A stretch of DNA of 46,471 nt, taken from positions 1-46,471 of the forward strand of contig CAZBWT010000002.1 in the NCBI GenBank assembly GCA_964495625.1, read 5' to 3'. This document shows, in pieces, positions 37,789 to 46,471 of the stretch (positions are counted from its first letter, which is position 1; every line of letters begins with the position of its first letter). The notes beneath the pieces are model-generated. The model saw nothing but the letters and a program-made list of their open reading frames with translations. It searched no databases and was not told where the DNA came from. The stretch comes from an uncultured Prevotellaceae bacterium. GTDB taxonomy: Bacteria; Bacteroidota; Bacteroidia; Bacteroidales; UBA3663. Position numbers and translations under genes: made by a program.

Positions 37789-39783
37789 TTACACTGATGC
37801 CGAAGGTGAACGTTGGCGAAGAGGAATGATAGGTGTATCCACCGGCACATTGACCATCTGGTTGCTATTATCTTGATTATCATCTAATTGCTCATACACG
37901 GAGTGTTGCGACTTAAATTCCGGCACAATAGCCTTCATGCGTGCCACTAATGACATATCGTCTTCGCCGCTGTTGGCTGCATTGACCAAGGCAGTGATTT
38001 CTAAATTAGTGTCTTCATAATCATATTGTCGCACTTTGGCTATTTTGATTTTCTGGTGGAAAGTGGGGAGTGTGGTTTCGGCTCCGTCTAACACCTCTTC
38101 GTAGAGCTTCTCGCCATCGCGCAGACCCACATATTGAATCTCAATATTCTTGGCTCCGCTGAGGCTGATCATGCGCCTTGCCAAATCGGCGATGCGCACG
38201 GGTTTGCCCATGTCGAACACAAAAATCTCGCCACCGCGTCCCATGGTTCCGGCTTCCAAAACGAGTTTACAAGCCTCGGGGATGAGCATGAAGTAACGGA
38301 TGATGTGCGGGTGCGTCACTGTGAGCGGCCCGCCCTCGGCAATCTGCTTCTGAAAGAGCGAAACAACCGAACCGTTAGAACCTAACACGTTGCCGAAACG
38401 TGTGGTAACGAATTGCGTCTCACCGGCTATGCGACAACTCTTTATGGCAGCATCAAGACTCTGTACGTAAATCTCACAAATGCGTTTTGAGCACCCCATC
38501 ACATTGGTTGGGTTCACAGCCTTGTCTGTAGAAATCATGACGAACTTCTTGGTGTGGTAACGCACCGCTGCATCGGCTATGATGCGTGTGCCCTCAATGT
38601 TGTTAATGATGCTCTCCACAGGGTTATCTTCCATCATCGGCACGTGTTTATAGGCAGCGGCATGAAACACATAATCGGGGCGATGCGTCTTGAAGATTTC
38701 GTCCATGCGCCGAGCATTGGCAATGTTGGCAACGATGGTGTGCGCCTCGATGTTTTGCCACTTGCGCTTCATCATGAGACGCACTTCGTGGAGCGGTGTT
38801 TCCGCCTGGTCTACCAAAATAAGTTCAGCGGGAGCGAACGGAGCCAATCGGCGCACTATCTCGCTGCCTATGGAACCCGCTGCGCCGGTCACCAAGATGC
38901 GTTTGCCACGCAGCAGTCGACCCACCGACTCCATGTCGATTTCTATCTTTTCGCGCGGCAGCAGGTCTTCTACATTCACCGGATGCAGCTGAGTGTAGCT
39001 AAGGTCGGTCGGCTCTTCATCTTCGATTGCCGAGGGGGTCATGAAGATTTTGATGCCGCCCTCAATGAGACTGTTCACCATGGTTTCATTGCCACGCAGA
39101 CTGTCGTTTTTGAGGGGTGTGACGAGCAGGATGTTTGCCCCGCGTTGTTTCATGTGCGGCACAAGATATTCGTCGTTGCTGAACACATCCGCACCTTGTA
39201 TCTTCTTATGTTCAACGCACTCATCGTCAGATATAAAGCCGACCACCTTATAGGGCGAACTCTCGTCGTTCAGGCTATTCGCCAACGAGGCACTGCTGCG
39301 CGAAACACCATAGATAAAGACGCGCGACTTGGCATTGCAGCTGGTGGTGGAATCGTAGAGATTTTTTGCCCAGATGCGTTCCGCCCACAGCAGAGCCACC
39401 ACACAGAGCGACGACACCGCCACCCGACTGACATCAAGCGGCACGAGCCAACAAAGCACAAAGCCTTGCAACGGCAACAAGATCACCGTGGCAAAAACCA
39501 CCGCATAGAGCAGCTGCAGGAGGTCGTTAAACGAAGAGTAGCGCATAAAGCTCACATAGGTGTGGAAAAGGCGAAATGCGATGCAGTAGACGACGGCATA
39601 GACTGCCAACAGAGCGGCAATGTTAGCTCCATTGACTGCTACGTATTGCGCTCCAAGATTGAAAGCAATGACAACGAAGATGGAGGTTAACACAATAAAC
39701 ACATCCGCCAAAAGCACGGTCCAATAGGGCAAGGCTTGGCGGGTCAGATACCATGACATCACCTTCTCAATAAACTTTTTCAT
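37789..39783 (-). CDS. CapD/WbpM/PglF-type membrane-anchored nucleotide-sugar 4,6-dehydratase (polysaccharide biosynthesis protein)
   Basis: 664 aa. It has 4-5 N-terminal TM helices and an SDR Rossmann motif LVTGAAGSIGSE, with the catalytic region conserved (MISTDKAV...). Confidence 0.9.
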   Translation of the reverse strand: MKKFIEKVMSWYLTRQALPYWTVLLADVFIVLTSIFVVIAFNLGAQYVAVNGANIAALLAVYAVVYCIAFRLFHTYVSFMRYSSFNDLLQLLYAVVFATVILLPLQGFVLCWLVPLDVSRVAVSSLCVVALLWAERIWAKNLYDSTTSCNAKSRVFIYGVSRSSASLANSLNDESSPYKVVGFISDDECVEHKKIQGADVFSNDEYLVPHMKQRGANILLVTPLKNDSLRGNETMVNSLIEGGIKIFMTPSAIEDEEPTDLSYTQLHPVNVEDLLPREKIEIDMESVGRLLRGKRILVTGAAGSIGSEIVRRLAPFAPAELILVDQAETPLHEVRLMMKRKWQNIEAHTIVANIANARRMDEIFKTHRPDYVFHAAAYKHVPMMEDNPVESIINNIEGTRIIADAAVRYHTKKFVMISTDKAVNPTNVMGCSKRICEIYVQSLDAAIKSCRIAGETQFVTTRFGNVLGSNGSVVSLFQKQIAEGGPLTVTHPHIIRYFMLIPEACKLVLEAGTMGRGGEIFVFDMGKPVRIADLARRMISLSGAKNIEIQYVGLRDGEKLYEEVLDGAETTLPTFHQKIKIAKVRQYDYEDTNLEITALVNAANSGEDDMSLVARMKAIVPEFKSQHSVYEQLDDNQDNSNQMVNVPVDTPIIPLRQRSPSASV

Positions 39784-39853
39784 AGCGCAGGTAGGGATTT
39801 GTTAGGTTATTATAAGTGAGGCAGCTGCCCGGTGTGTTGGCGAAGAGGGAGCA

Positions 39854-41080
39854 CTATGCCCCCTCTATCACAGCTCGGCTCACACTCTTGGGCTGTGTTC
39901 CTATCTTGTCTCGCACCAACACGGTTTCTATGCCTGTGACAACATAGCCGGGGAAGGTCTGGAATGCGCTCGACGGCGACACTTTGTAGACCCTTGAGAT
40001 GCGACTCAAAAGATGGCGAAAAGAGTGCATCTTGCCGGCAAAATAGCCCTTGGGGCGAACAGTGGCGGTGCTGTCATATTGCCCGAAGTTGCCCTCGTTG
40101 ATGATGTGACGCAGCGCCAAGGCGGCACGCGGGCTGAAAGATGGGTCGTAGCCCGGACATTCAGCAGCGGGAAGTCCCAACTGCTCCACAGCCAAGCAGG
40201 AGCAGATGCGCCACGGGGTCCACAGACCTATGCTGCGCAGACGTTGCTCCACATCGGCGGCATGCAGCTCGGAGGCAGCGGCATGCAGTTGAAGCACCCA
40301 GTCGCAAAGCTGGCGCAGTCCTACCCCACCCAAAACAAAATGTCGCCATGCGTGCGCAAAGATGTAGATGGAGTTGTAATCGGCGGGAGGCAACAAGACT
40401 TCGGTGTCATCAAACATAACGGTGCGCGGACGGTCGCTCTCCAAGCTCTGCACCGTCCACCGCTGAAAGGCGCGGTTGTGCCACGGCACGTAGAGTTTCA
40501 ACGTCATGCGATGCAACTCAATGAATAGTCCCTTATATTGCAGGTGATAGTGCTTGTCATTTTCCGCCCCCTCATGGTCGCCGGAGAGCTCACACATCAG
40601 CTTCACAGCCTCATGATATTGTTTGCGCCCCACATAGAGGTCTATGTCGCCGCATTGGCGCAAGCGCGGCTGCGGGTAGTTGAGGGCAGCTCCCTGCCCT
40701 TTGAGCAACACGGCATGTATGCCCCCGGCGCGCAGCTTACCCACCACGTCGCGCACCCCCATGTTGAGGCGAAGGTTGCCTTGGCGCGCTTGTGCTATTT
40801 GTCGGTTTGCCCACTGCAAGAGGGCTTCCGAGGCTTGCAAGCGGTCAGCATGGCGCACCACCACATCGGCTATGAGTCCGCCAACCGTTTGGCGTTTGGC
40901 GTGGCGCACCACGCCATTCCAATCAATGGTGGAGGCATCAAGATCGGCGGGCAGCGGGGCATCCCACAGCGCCGTGCGCAGAAGCATCAAAAGTTGTTGA
41001 AACGTTTTCGTGTAGTCCTCTCGTGAGGAAGTATTGACAGGTTGTGCCGCAACAGCGGTAGTTTCTTTTTTCATGGACAT
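39854..41080 (-). CDS. Uncharacterised nucleotidyltransferase-family protein (PF14907-like)
   Basis: 408 aa. The LLKGQGAALNYPQPRLRQCGDIDLYV segment resembles the GxxA...R.xxDIDLLV core of the 'uncharacterised nucleotidyltransferase' family. This assignment is from memory only. Confidence 0.55.
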   Translation of the reverse strand: MSMKKETTAVAAQPVNTSSREDYTKTFQQLLMLLRTALWDAPLPADLDASTIDWNGVVRHAKRQTVGGLIADVVVRHADRLQASEALLQWANRQIAQARQGNLRLNMGVRDVVGKLRAGGIHAVLLKGQGAALNYPQPRLRQCGDIDLYVGRKQYHEAVKLMCELSGDHEGAENDKHYHLQYKGLFIELHRMTLKLYVPWHNRAFQRWTVQSLESDRPRTVMFDDTEVLLPPADYNSIYIFAHAWRHFVLGGVGLRQLCDWVLQLHAAASELHAADVEQRLRSIGLWTPWRICSCLAVEQLGLPAAECPGYDPSFSPRAALALRHIINEGNFGQYDSTATVRPKGYFAGKMHSFRHLLSRISRVYKVSPSSAFQTFPGYVVTGIETVLVRDKIGTQPKSVSRAVIEGA

Positions 41081-41098
41081 AACAGTTTTTTACTGCTG

Positions 41099-41106
41099 CA
41101 AAGCTA
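41099..41106 (-). promoter_or_regulatory. Candidate -7 box (TAGCTTTG on the minus strand) for the nucleotidyltransferase gene
   Basis: Plus strand CAAAGCTA lies only 19-25 bp upstream of the two candidate ATGs. Confidence 0.3.
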
Positions 41107-41254
41107 ATATTTTCTGTCGGGTTACTCGCCTTCTGAGTTCCTTTTTCTGCGCGCAATCGGTGGTTTTAGCCGCTGAAACGGTCAGTTAAGAGCCGTTTTG
41201 CAAAAAAACAACGAAAATTAATTACAAATTTGGCTACGGTTGCTAAAAACCCTC

Positions 41255-41262
41255 TATATTTG
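41255..41262 (+). promoter_or_regulatory. Candidate -7 box (TATATTTG) for rho
   Basis: TAnnTTTG on the plus strand lies about 185 bp upstream of the rho ATG, implying a long leader. Confidence 0.4.
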
Positions 41263-41446
41263 CCAGCGTTATTTAAAAGTCGCCCGCACGAGGCTTATGT
41301 TAACCACTCGAAGCTGGGCTATAAGACTTTCTACACAACAAATTCCTATACACATTTTATTGTTTTATTCCACTTCTGACGACACCCGAAAAGATTGTGC
41401 ATGCGTCGTGTGCACACGGGAAGCGCAGTAAAAGTAAAAAAGTTTT

Positions 41447-43273
41447 ATGTATTCTTTTGATGAATTGGATAACAAACTGCCCGAAGAGTTGGTGCAGATT
41501 TCTCGCGATCTAAAGATCAAAGACCCGGATTTTACCGACAAAACTCGACTCATCTACCAGATTCTGGATCAAGTGGCCATGGAGACCGCTCAAAACACCG
41601 TGCTCGCCGAGAAGCCCAAACGCAAGACGCGAGCCACCACAACACGCCGCAAGAAGTCAGAACCCATAGAACCCGAATCAGAGCTACCCATGACCTACGA
41701 ACCTGAGGCTGCACCCGTTGAAGAGCCGCAGGCAATGATTGACGACACTATGTTTGATGACGGTTCCGATCTATTGCCCAACCAACCTCTCGACGACCAC
41801 GAGCCTCTGCCTGCCGACGATTTTTATGAAGAGCCGGAGCCTGTGGCAGCTACACCCGAAGAGGCAGCACCGCAGGTCACCACCACAGACGAAGCCACCA
41901 AGCAGCTGTTGGAGCAAAACCGCAATGCCTTTCAGAGCCTTTTCAGCAGCTCGTCTCGCCCCAAAAAGGTGGGTCGCCCACCCAAGCAGAAGGCGGAGCA
42001 GCAGAAGGCGGTTTATAGTCGCCCGGCAACAACACAAACGCAAGAAATGCCTGTTCAGGCTTACTCCATATATAATAACAACACCCCCGCCGACATGCCC
42101 GACATGCAGCCCGAAGAGCCGAAGCAGATGGCTCCCGCCATTTCGCGCGACGAGTTTGACGGCGTACTGACCGGTTCGGGTGTGCTCGAAATCATGCCTG
42201 ACGGCTTCGGCTTCCTCCGTTCGTCAGACTATAATTACTTCGCTTCGCCCGACGACATCTTTGTGTCGCAGGCTCAGATCAAGCAAAACAACCTAAAGCA
42301 GGGCGATGTGGTTGAAGGTCCCATCCGTCCGCCGCGCGAGGGTGAACACAACTACCCCTTGGTGCGCGTCAACACCATCAACGGTCGCTCGCTCGACTAC
42401 ATTCGCGACCGCGTGCCCTTTGAACACCTCACCCCGCTCTTCCCCAACGAGAAGTTTAAGCTCACCAAGGGCTATAATGACTCGCCTTCATGCCGCGTCA
42501 TTGATATGTTCGCCCCCATCGGCAAGGGTCAGCGTTCGCTGATTGTGGCTCCGCCGAAGGCCGGTAAGACAGTGCTGCTGAAAGAGATTGCCAATGCCAT
42601 CCAGTTCAATCACCCCGAGGTGTATATGATTATCCTCTTGATTGACGAGCGCCCCGAAGAGGTGACGGATATGCAGCGTTCGGTGCATGCCGAAGTGATT
42701 GCCTCGACCTTCGACGAACCCGCCGACCGCCACGTGAAGGTGGCAGACATGGTGATAGAGAAGGCTAAGCGCCTCACCGAGTGCGGTCACGATGTAGTGA
42801 TTTTGCTCGACTCCATCACACGTTTGGCTCGCGCCTACAACACGGTGTCGCCCTCATCGGGCAAGGTGCTGTCCGGTGGTGTGGAGGCAAATGCCCTTCA
42901 GAAGCCCAAGCGTTTCTTTGGCGCAGCGCGCAACATCGAGGGCGGCGGCTCTCTCACCATTATCGCCACGGCACTCATCGAGACCGGCTCGAAGATGGAC
43001 GAAGTGATCTTTGAAGAGTTTAAGGGCACGGGCAATATGGAGCTTCAGCTCGACCGCAAGATTGCCAACAAGCGCATCTTCCCTGCCGTCGATCTCTTGG
43101 CTTCGAGCACCCGTCGCGACGACCTCTTGCTTGACCAGGATATGTTGAACAAGATGTGGATTATGCGCCGCTTCTTGAGCGACATGACCCCGGTGGAGGC
43201 GATGGAATTCCTGCAAAAGCAAATGGAGAAAACGCGCAACAACGAAGAGTTGTTACTCACCATGGGCAAGTAA
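41447..43273 (+). CDS. rho: Transcription termination factor Rho with a ~190-aa N-terminal insertion
   Basis: 608 aa. The order is a Rho_N helix bundle (aa 1-46), a disordered E/P/Q/K-rich insert (aa ~47-235), then the CSD RNA-binding domain ([14 protein letters not shown]). The ATPase core has Walker A APPKAGKT. Confidence 0.95.
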   Translation: MYSFDELDNKLPEELVQISRDLKIKDPDFTDKTRLIYQILDQVAMETAQNTVLAEKPKRKTRATTTRRKKSEPIEPESELPMTYEPEAAPVEEPQAMIDDTMFDDGSDLLPNQPLDDHEPLPADDFYEEPEPVAATPEEAAPQVTTTDEATKQLLEQNRNAFQSLFSSSSRPKKVGRPPKQKAEQQKAVYSRPATTQTQEMPVQAYSIYNNNTPADMPDMQPEEPKQMAPAISRDEFDGVLTGSGVLEIMPDGFGFLRSSDYNYFASPDDIFVSQAQIKQNNLKQGDVVEGPIRPPREGEHNYPLVRVNTINGRSLDYIRDRVPFEHLTPLFPNEKFKLTKGYNDSPSCRVIDMFAPIGKGQRSLIVAPPKAGKTVLLKEIANAIQFNHPEVYMIILLIDERPEEVTDMQRSVHAEVIASTFDEPADRHVKVADMVIEKAKRLTECGHDVVILLDSITRLARAYNTVSPSSGKVLSGGVEANALQKPKRFFGAARNIEGGGSLTIIATALIETGSKMDEVIFEEFKGTGNMELQLDRKIANKRIFPAVDLLASSTRRDDLLLDQDMLNKMWIMRRFLSDMTPVEAMEFLQKQMEKTRNNEELLLTMGK

Positions 43274-43305
43274 TGTCACTGCCGCCGCAATGATATACCA
43301 ATCTA

Positions 43306-43365
43306 ATATGAATTATGAATGTAGCCCCCGCCAACGTGCGGTGCGGATGGGTTCATAATTCATAT
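43306..43365 (+). terminator. Long-loop hairpin downstream of rho
   Basis: A perfect 14-bp inverted repeat, ATATGAATTATGAA (43306-43319) / TTCATAATTCATAT (43352-43365), encloses a GC-rich 32-nt loop and is followed by TTTATTT. Confidence 0.5.
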
Positions 43366-43450
43366 TTTATTTACTAAACAATTTCTAACACAGCAATTTA
43401 CTACTGTAACGTTTCCACAGTAAGTTTATCATAATAAATTTTCTACCACT

Positions 43451-45454
43451 GTGCTTTCGATAGAACACTTGAGTGTTGAGTTCAGCGCCCGTCCGCTGTT
43501 TACCGACATTAATTATGTGATTAATAAGAACGACCGCATCGCCTTAGTGGGGCGCAACGGTGCCGGCAAGAGCACCATGCTGAAGATTATTGCCGGCATT
43601 CAGCAGCCCACATCGGGCAGGGTGGGTCGCCCCAAAGATTTAACGATTGGCTACCTGCCCCAGGTGATGAACCTCACAGACACGCTCACCGTGCGCCAAG
43701 AGGCGGAACAAGCCTTCTCTGGCGTGATGCAGCTCGAGGCTGAAGAGCAACGACTGACACGCGAATTGGCAGAACGCACTGACTATGAGAGTGAAGAATA
43801 TCAAACGCTCATTGAGCACCTAACGTTGGTGAACGAGCGTCTGACCATCGAGGGTGCCTCGGGGCGCGATGCGGAACTTGAGCGCACACTGAGCGGTCTC
43901 GGTTTTGAACGCACCGACTTCGACCGCCCCACCGCAGAGTTCAGCGGCGGTTGGCGCATGCGCATTGAATTGGCTAAGATATTACTGCGTCGCCCCGACG
44001 TGTTGTTGCTCGACGAGCCGACCAATCACCTCGACATTCAGTCCATTCAGTGGCTGGAACGTTTCTTGACGAGCCACAGCTGCACGTTGGTGCTGATTAG
44101 CCACGACCGCGCCTTTCTGGACAATGTCACCACGCGCACCATTGAGATTACGTGCGGCACCATTCACGACTATGCTGTGAATTACAGCAAATATGTGGTG
44201 CTCCACCAAGAGCGCATCGAGCAGCAACGTCGCGCCTACGAAAATCAGCAGAAGATGATTGAGGAGACACGCGCCTTCATCGAGCGTTTCCGTTATCAAG
44301 CCACCAAGGCGATACAGGTGCAGAGCCGCATCAAACAGCTCGAAAAGGTGGTGCCCATCGAGATTGATGAGGTAGACACCAGTCGCTTGCGCCTCACCTT
44401 CCCGCCGGCTCCTCGCTCGGGTGACTTCCCCGTGATTTGCGACGGGGTGGGCAAACGCTATGGCGACCACACCGTGTTCGCCGGGGTGGATTTGACGATA
44501 CGTCGCGGCGAGAAGGTTGCCTTTGTGGGTAGAAACGGCGAGGGTAAATCTACGTTGGTGAAGTGCATCATGGGCGAGATTGACTATGAGGGCATGCTGA
44601 AGATTGGTCACGGGGTGCGCATCGGCTATTTCGCACAAAATCAGGCGCAGCTGCTCGACGGTGAGCTCACCGTGTTCGACACCATAGACCGCGTCGCCAC
44701 CGGCGACATCCGCACGCGCATCAAAGACATCTTGGGCGCATTCATGTTTGGCGGCGAAGCCATCGAAAAGAAGGTGAAAGTGCTGTCGGGCGGTGAGCGT
44801 TCGCGTTTGGCTATGATACGCCTGCTGCTCGAACCGGTGAATTTGCTGATACTCGACGAACCCACCAATCACCTTGACATTGCGTCGAAGGAGGTGTTGA
44901 AGCAAGCCATCTGCGCCTTCGACGGCACGGTGATTGTGGTGAGCCACGACCGCGACTTCCTCGACGGCACCGTCAGCAAGGTCTATGAGTTCGCCCACGG
45001 CAAGGTGCGTGAGCACTTGGGTGGCATCTATCAGTTCTTGGCTGAGGCGGAGCAAGAGCAGGCTGACCGCTTAGCTCCATCGACTGCCAAGAGCGGAGCT
45101 GCTGCCACGAAAAGTTCACCCGCATCTGTCAAAAGTTCAGCCACTTCCGGCAAAACTTCGACAAACGTCAGCTCAGCCGAGAAGAGTGGTGACAGCGACT
45201 CGGGCAGCATGAGTTTTGAGGCACAGAAAGAGCTGAAGCGTCAGCGCTCGAAGGTGGAACGCGAGGTGCAGAAAGCCGAAGAGGGTATTGCCAAGCTCGA
45301 AGACGCTATAGCACAAATGGAGCAAGAAATGATGACTCCCGAAGGTAGCCGCGACACAGAGCTTTTCAAACGTCACGCTCAAGCGAAACAAGATTTGGAG
45401 TCCCTCACCGAAACGTGGATGGAGGCTTCAGAACAGCTCGAAGCGCTGAAGTGA
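43451..45454 (+). CDS. ABC-F family ATPase (two ABC domains, no TMD) with a C-terminal coiled-coil
   Basis: 667 aa with a GTG start. Walker A occurs twice (GRNGAGKST, GRNGEGKST), as do signature motifs (FSGGWRMR, LSGGERSR). An S/A/T-rich linker precedes a charged helical tail. Confidence 0.9.
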   Translation: MLSIEHLSVEFSARPLFTDINYVINKNDRIALVGRNGAGKSTMLKIIAGIQQPTSGRVGRPKDLTIGYLPQVMNLTDTLTVRQEAEQAFSGVMQLEAEEQRLTRELAERTDYESEEYQTLIEHLTLVNERLTIEGASGRDAELERTLSGLGFERTDFDRPTAEFSGGWRMRIELAKILLRRPDVLLLDEPTNHLDIQSIQWLERFLTSHSCTLVLISHDRAFLDNVTTRTIEITCGTIHDYAVNYSKYVVLHQERIEQQRRAYENQQKMIEETRAFIERFRYQATKAIQVQSRIKQLEKVVPIEIDEVDTSRLRLTFPPAPRSGDFPVICDGVGKRYGDHTVFAGVDLTIRRGEKVAFVGRNGEGKSTLVKCIMGEIDYEGMLKIGHGVRIGYFAQNQAQLLDGELTVFDTIDRVATGDIRTRIKDILGAFMFGGEAIEKKVKVLSGGERSRLAMIRLLLEPVNLLILDEPTNHLDIASKEVLKQAICAFDGTVIVVSHDRDFLDGTVSKVYEFAHGKVREHLGGIYQFLAEAEQEQADRLAPSTAKSGAAATKSSPASVKSSATSGKTSTNVSSAEKSGDSDSGSMSFEAQKELKRQRSKVEREVQKAEEGIAKLEDAIAQMEQEMMTPEGSRDTELFKRHAQAKQDLESLTETWMEASEQLEALK

Positions 45455-45507
45455 TGAAGTACAGAAGTTTTCTCAAGTCACACTGAAGTGACAAGAAAAA
45501 CAAATAG

Positions 45508-45552
45508 CGAGCCCGCACAGCTCCTCAAGGTGAGGAAATCTGTGCGGGCTCG
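45508..45552. terminator. Bidirectional terminator between convergent ABC-F and GH43 genes
   Basis: A perfect 13-bp stem, CGAGCCCGCACAG / CTGTGCGGGCTCG, is flanked by AAAAACAAATA upstream and TTTGTTTT downstream. Confidence 0.75.
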
Positions 45553-45558
45553 TTTGTT

Positions 45559-46471
45559 TTAATCATCCACCATACCATCAATGGTGATAATCTTGCCTTG
45601 GTCATCGTAGTGCAGCTCACACACCTTCAGGCTGCGCAGCGGGGTGTAACCACCCGAGGGCTTGCAGTCGTGGTGGAAGAGATACCACTTGCCATGATAC
45701 TCCACAATGGAGTGATGGGTGGTCCACCCGATGACGGGTGTCATCACCACGCCCTGAAAGGTGAAGGGACCGTAGGGATTGTCACCCACCGCGTAGCAGA
45801 GCAGATGGGTGTCGCCCGTGGAGTATGAGAAGTAATATTTGCCTTGGTATTTGTGCATCCAGCTTGCCTCGAAGAAGCGGTGCGGATTGTCTGCCGTAAG
45901 CGGCTTACCATCAGCGTCTATCACCACCACCGGACGCGGTTCTTCGGCGAACTGCAACATATCATCAGAGAGGCGCACCACGCGCGACGGCAAGGCTGGC
46001 TCTTTGCCCTGCGGAAAGCGGATGTCATTCACCGCCTCGTTGTCGCGATAGCGTTGCAGCTGACCGCCCCAAAGACCGCCGAAATACATATAGACGCTGC
46101 CGTCGTCATCTTTCAACACGGCGGGGTCTATGCTATAGCTGCCGCGAATGGGGTCGGGCTGTGGATGGAAGGGACCTTCAGGGCGGTCGCTGATGGCGAC
46201 ACCGATGCGGAAGATGCCGGTCTTATCCTTCACGGGGAAGTACATATAATATTTGCCGTCTTTTTCGCACACATCACAGTCCCACAACTGCTTGCTTGCC
46301 CACGGTATGTCTGCCACAGTCAACACTACCCCGTGGTCGGTCACTTCGCCCTCCATCACATCATCCAGCGAGAAGACATGATAGTCTTTCATGTCGAAAT
46401 GGATGCCCCAATCATCTTCGGGTATGCCGCTGCGATAGTCGTGCGAGGGGTAGATATAGACACGACCGTTG
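45559..46471 (-). CDS. Glycoside hydrolase family 43 protein (N-terminus lies beyond the window end)
   Basis: The frame stays open upstream of the track ATG at 46392 to the window edge (NGRVYIYPSHDYRSGIPEDDWGIHFDMKDYHVFS...). GH43 five-bladed-propeller motifs include EASWMHKYQGKYYFSYS. Confidence 0.85.
   Translation of the reverse strand, partial: NGRVYIYPSHDYRSGIPEDDWGIHFDMKDYHVFSLDDVMEGEVTDHGVVLTVADIPWASKQLWDCDVCEKDGKYYMYFPVKDKTGIFRIGVAISDRPEGPFHPQPDPIRGSYSIDPAVLKDDDGSVYMYFGGLWGGQLQRYRDNEAVNDIRFPQGKEPALPSRVVRLSDDMLQFAEEPRPVVVIDADGKPLTADNPHRFFEASWMHKYQGKYYFSYSTGDTHLLCYAVGDNPYGPFTFQGVVMTPVIGWTTHHSIVEYHGKWYLFHHDCKPSGGYTPLRSLKVCELHYDDQGKIITIDGMVDD

Noticed and set aside
38554-39690. 378-aa plus-strand ORF
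   Set aside because: It is fully antisense to the CapD-type gene, whose Rossmann and catalytic motifs are unmistakable. The antisense product is H/R/G-rich and domain-free, so it is a shadow ORF.
41081-41446. Possible replication origin at the minus-to-plus strand switch (NTase / rho divergent gap)
   Set aside because: There are no DnaA boxes (TTATCCACA/TGTGGATAA), no AT-rich 13-mer cluster, and no dnaA/dnaN nearby. GH43 downstream is back on the minus strand. The gap is adequately explained by two divergent promoters and a long rho leader.
43982-45055. 357-aa minus-strand ORF inside the ABC-F gene
   Set aside because: It is antisense to a gene with two clear Walker A and signature motifs. 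It has no motifs of its own and a typical GC-frame shadow composition.
1-46471. Mobile element, prophage or defence island
   Set aside because: I recognised no integrase, transposase, recombinase, phage structural, restriction-modification, toxin-antitoxin or Cas-like products, and there is no tRNA attachment site. The gene content is overwhelmingly housekeeping.

Overview
This 46.5 kb window reads as core chromosome from a Bacteroidota (Bacteroidales, probably Prevotellaceae-like) genome. The evidence is TAnnTTTG-type -7 promoter boxes upstream of many genes, a T9SS C-terminal sorting domain, a complete Bat aerotolerance operon, and an insertion-bearing Rho. I can support about 37 protein-coding genes, 33 of them on the minus strand. 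In order they are: carB (partial) and carA; an orphan GT11 fucosyltransferase; the 8-gene operon MoxR-DUF58-DUF4381-BatA-BatB-BatC-BatD-BatE; pgi, gpsA, lysS; a Crp/Fnr regulator with a UPF0597 cysteine-desulfidase-like gene; nfo and ridA; a PL1 pectate lyase with a T9SS tail next to a 1186-aa Tat-signal glycosidase-like protein; folK-folE; a SPOR protein; tpiA; a MauE/DoxX-thioredoxin-fold membrane protein; DUF1599; an HU-HU-TM-LysM protein; dCMP deaminase; an S41 protease; a secreted hypothetical; NUDIX; recR; a CapD-type dehydratase; a PF14907-like nucleotidyltransferase; rho; an ABC-F ATPase; and a partial GH43. I found no rRNA, tRNA, CRISPR array, integrase, transposase or recognisable defence island, and I cannot honestly point to a clear new multi-gene system. 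The least-explained signals are four. First, a modular intergenic repeat family at two loci (3322-3440 and 14016-14323), the second being an 11-unit degenerate tandem array. Second, a ~290 bp GC-rich noncoding island (37501-37788) containing a perfect 11-bp stem. Third, several unusual domain fusions (HU-HU-TM-LysM; MauE plus a CxxC-less thioredoxin fold next to DUF1599). Fourth, an uncharacterised 1186-aa Tat-exported protein beside the pectate lyase. All family calls come from motif recognition by eye; no searches were run.
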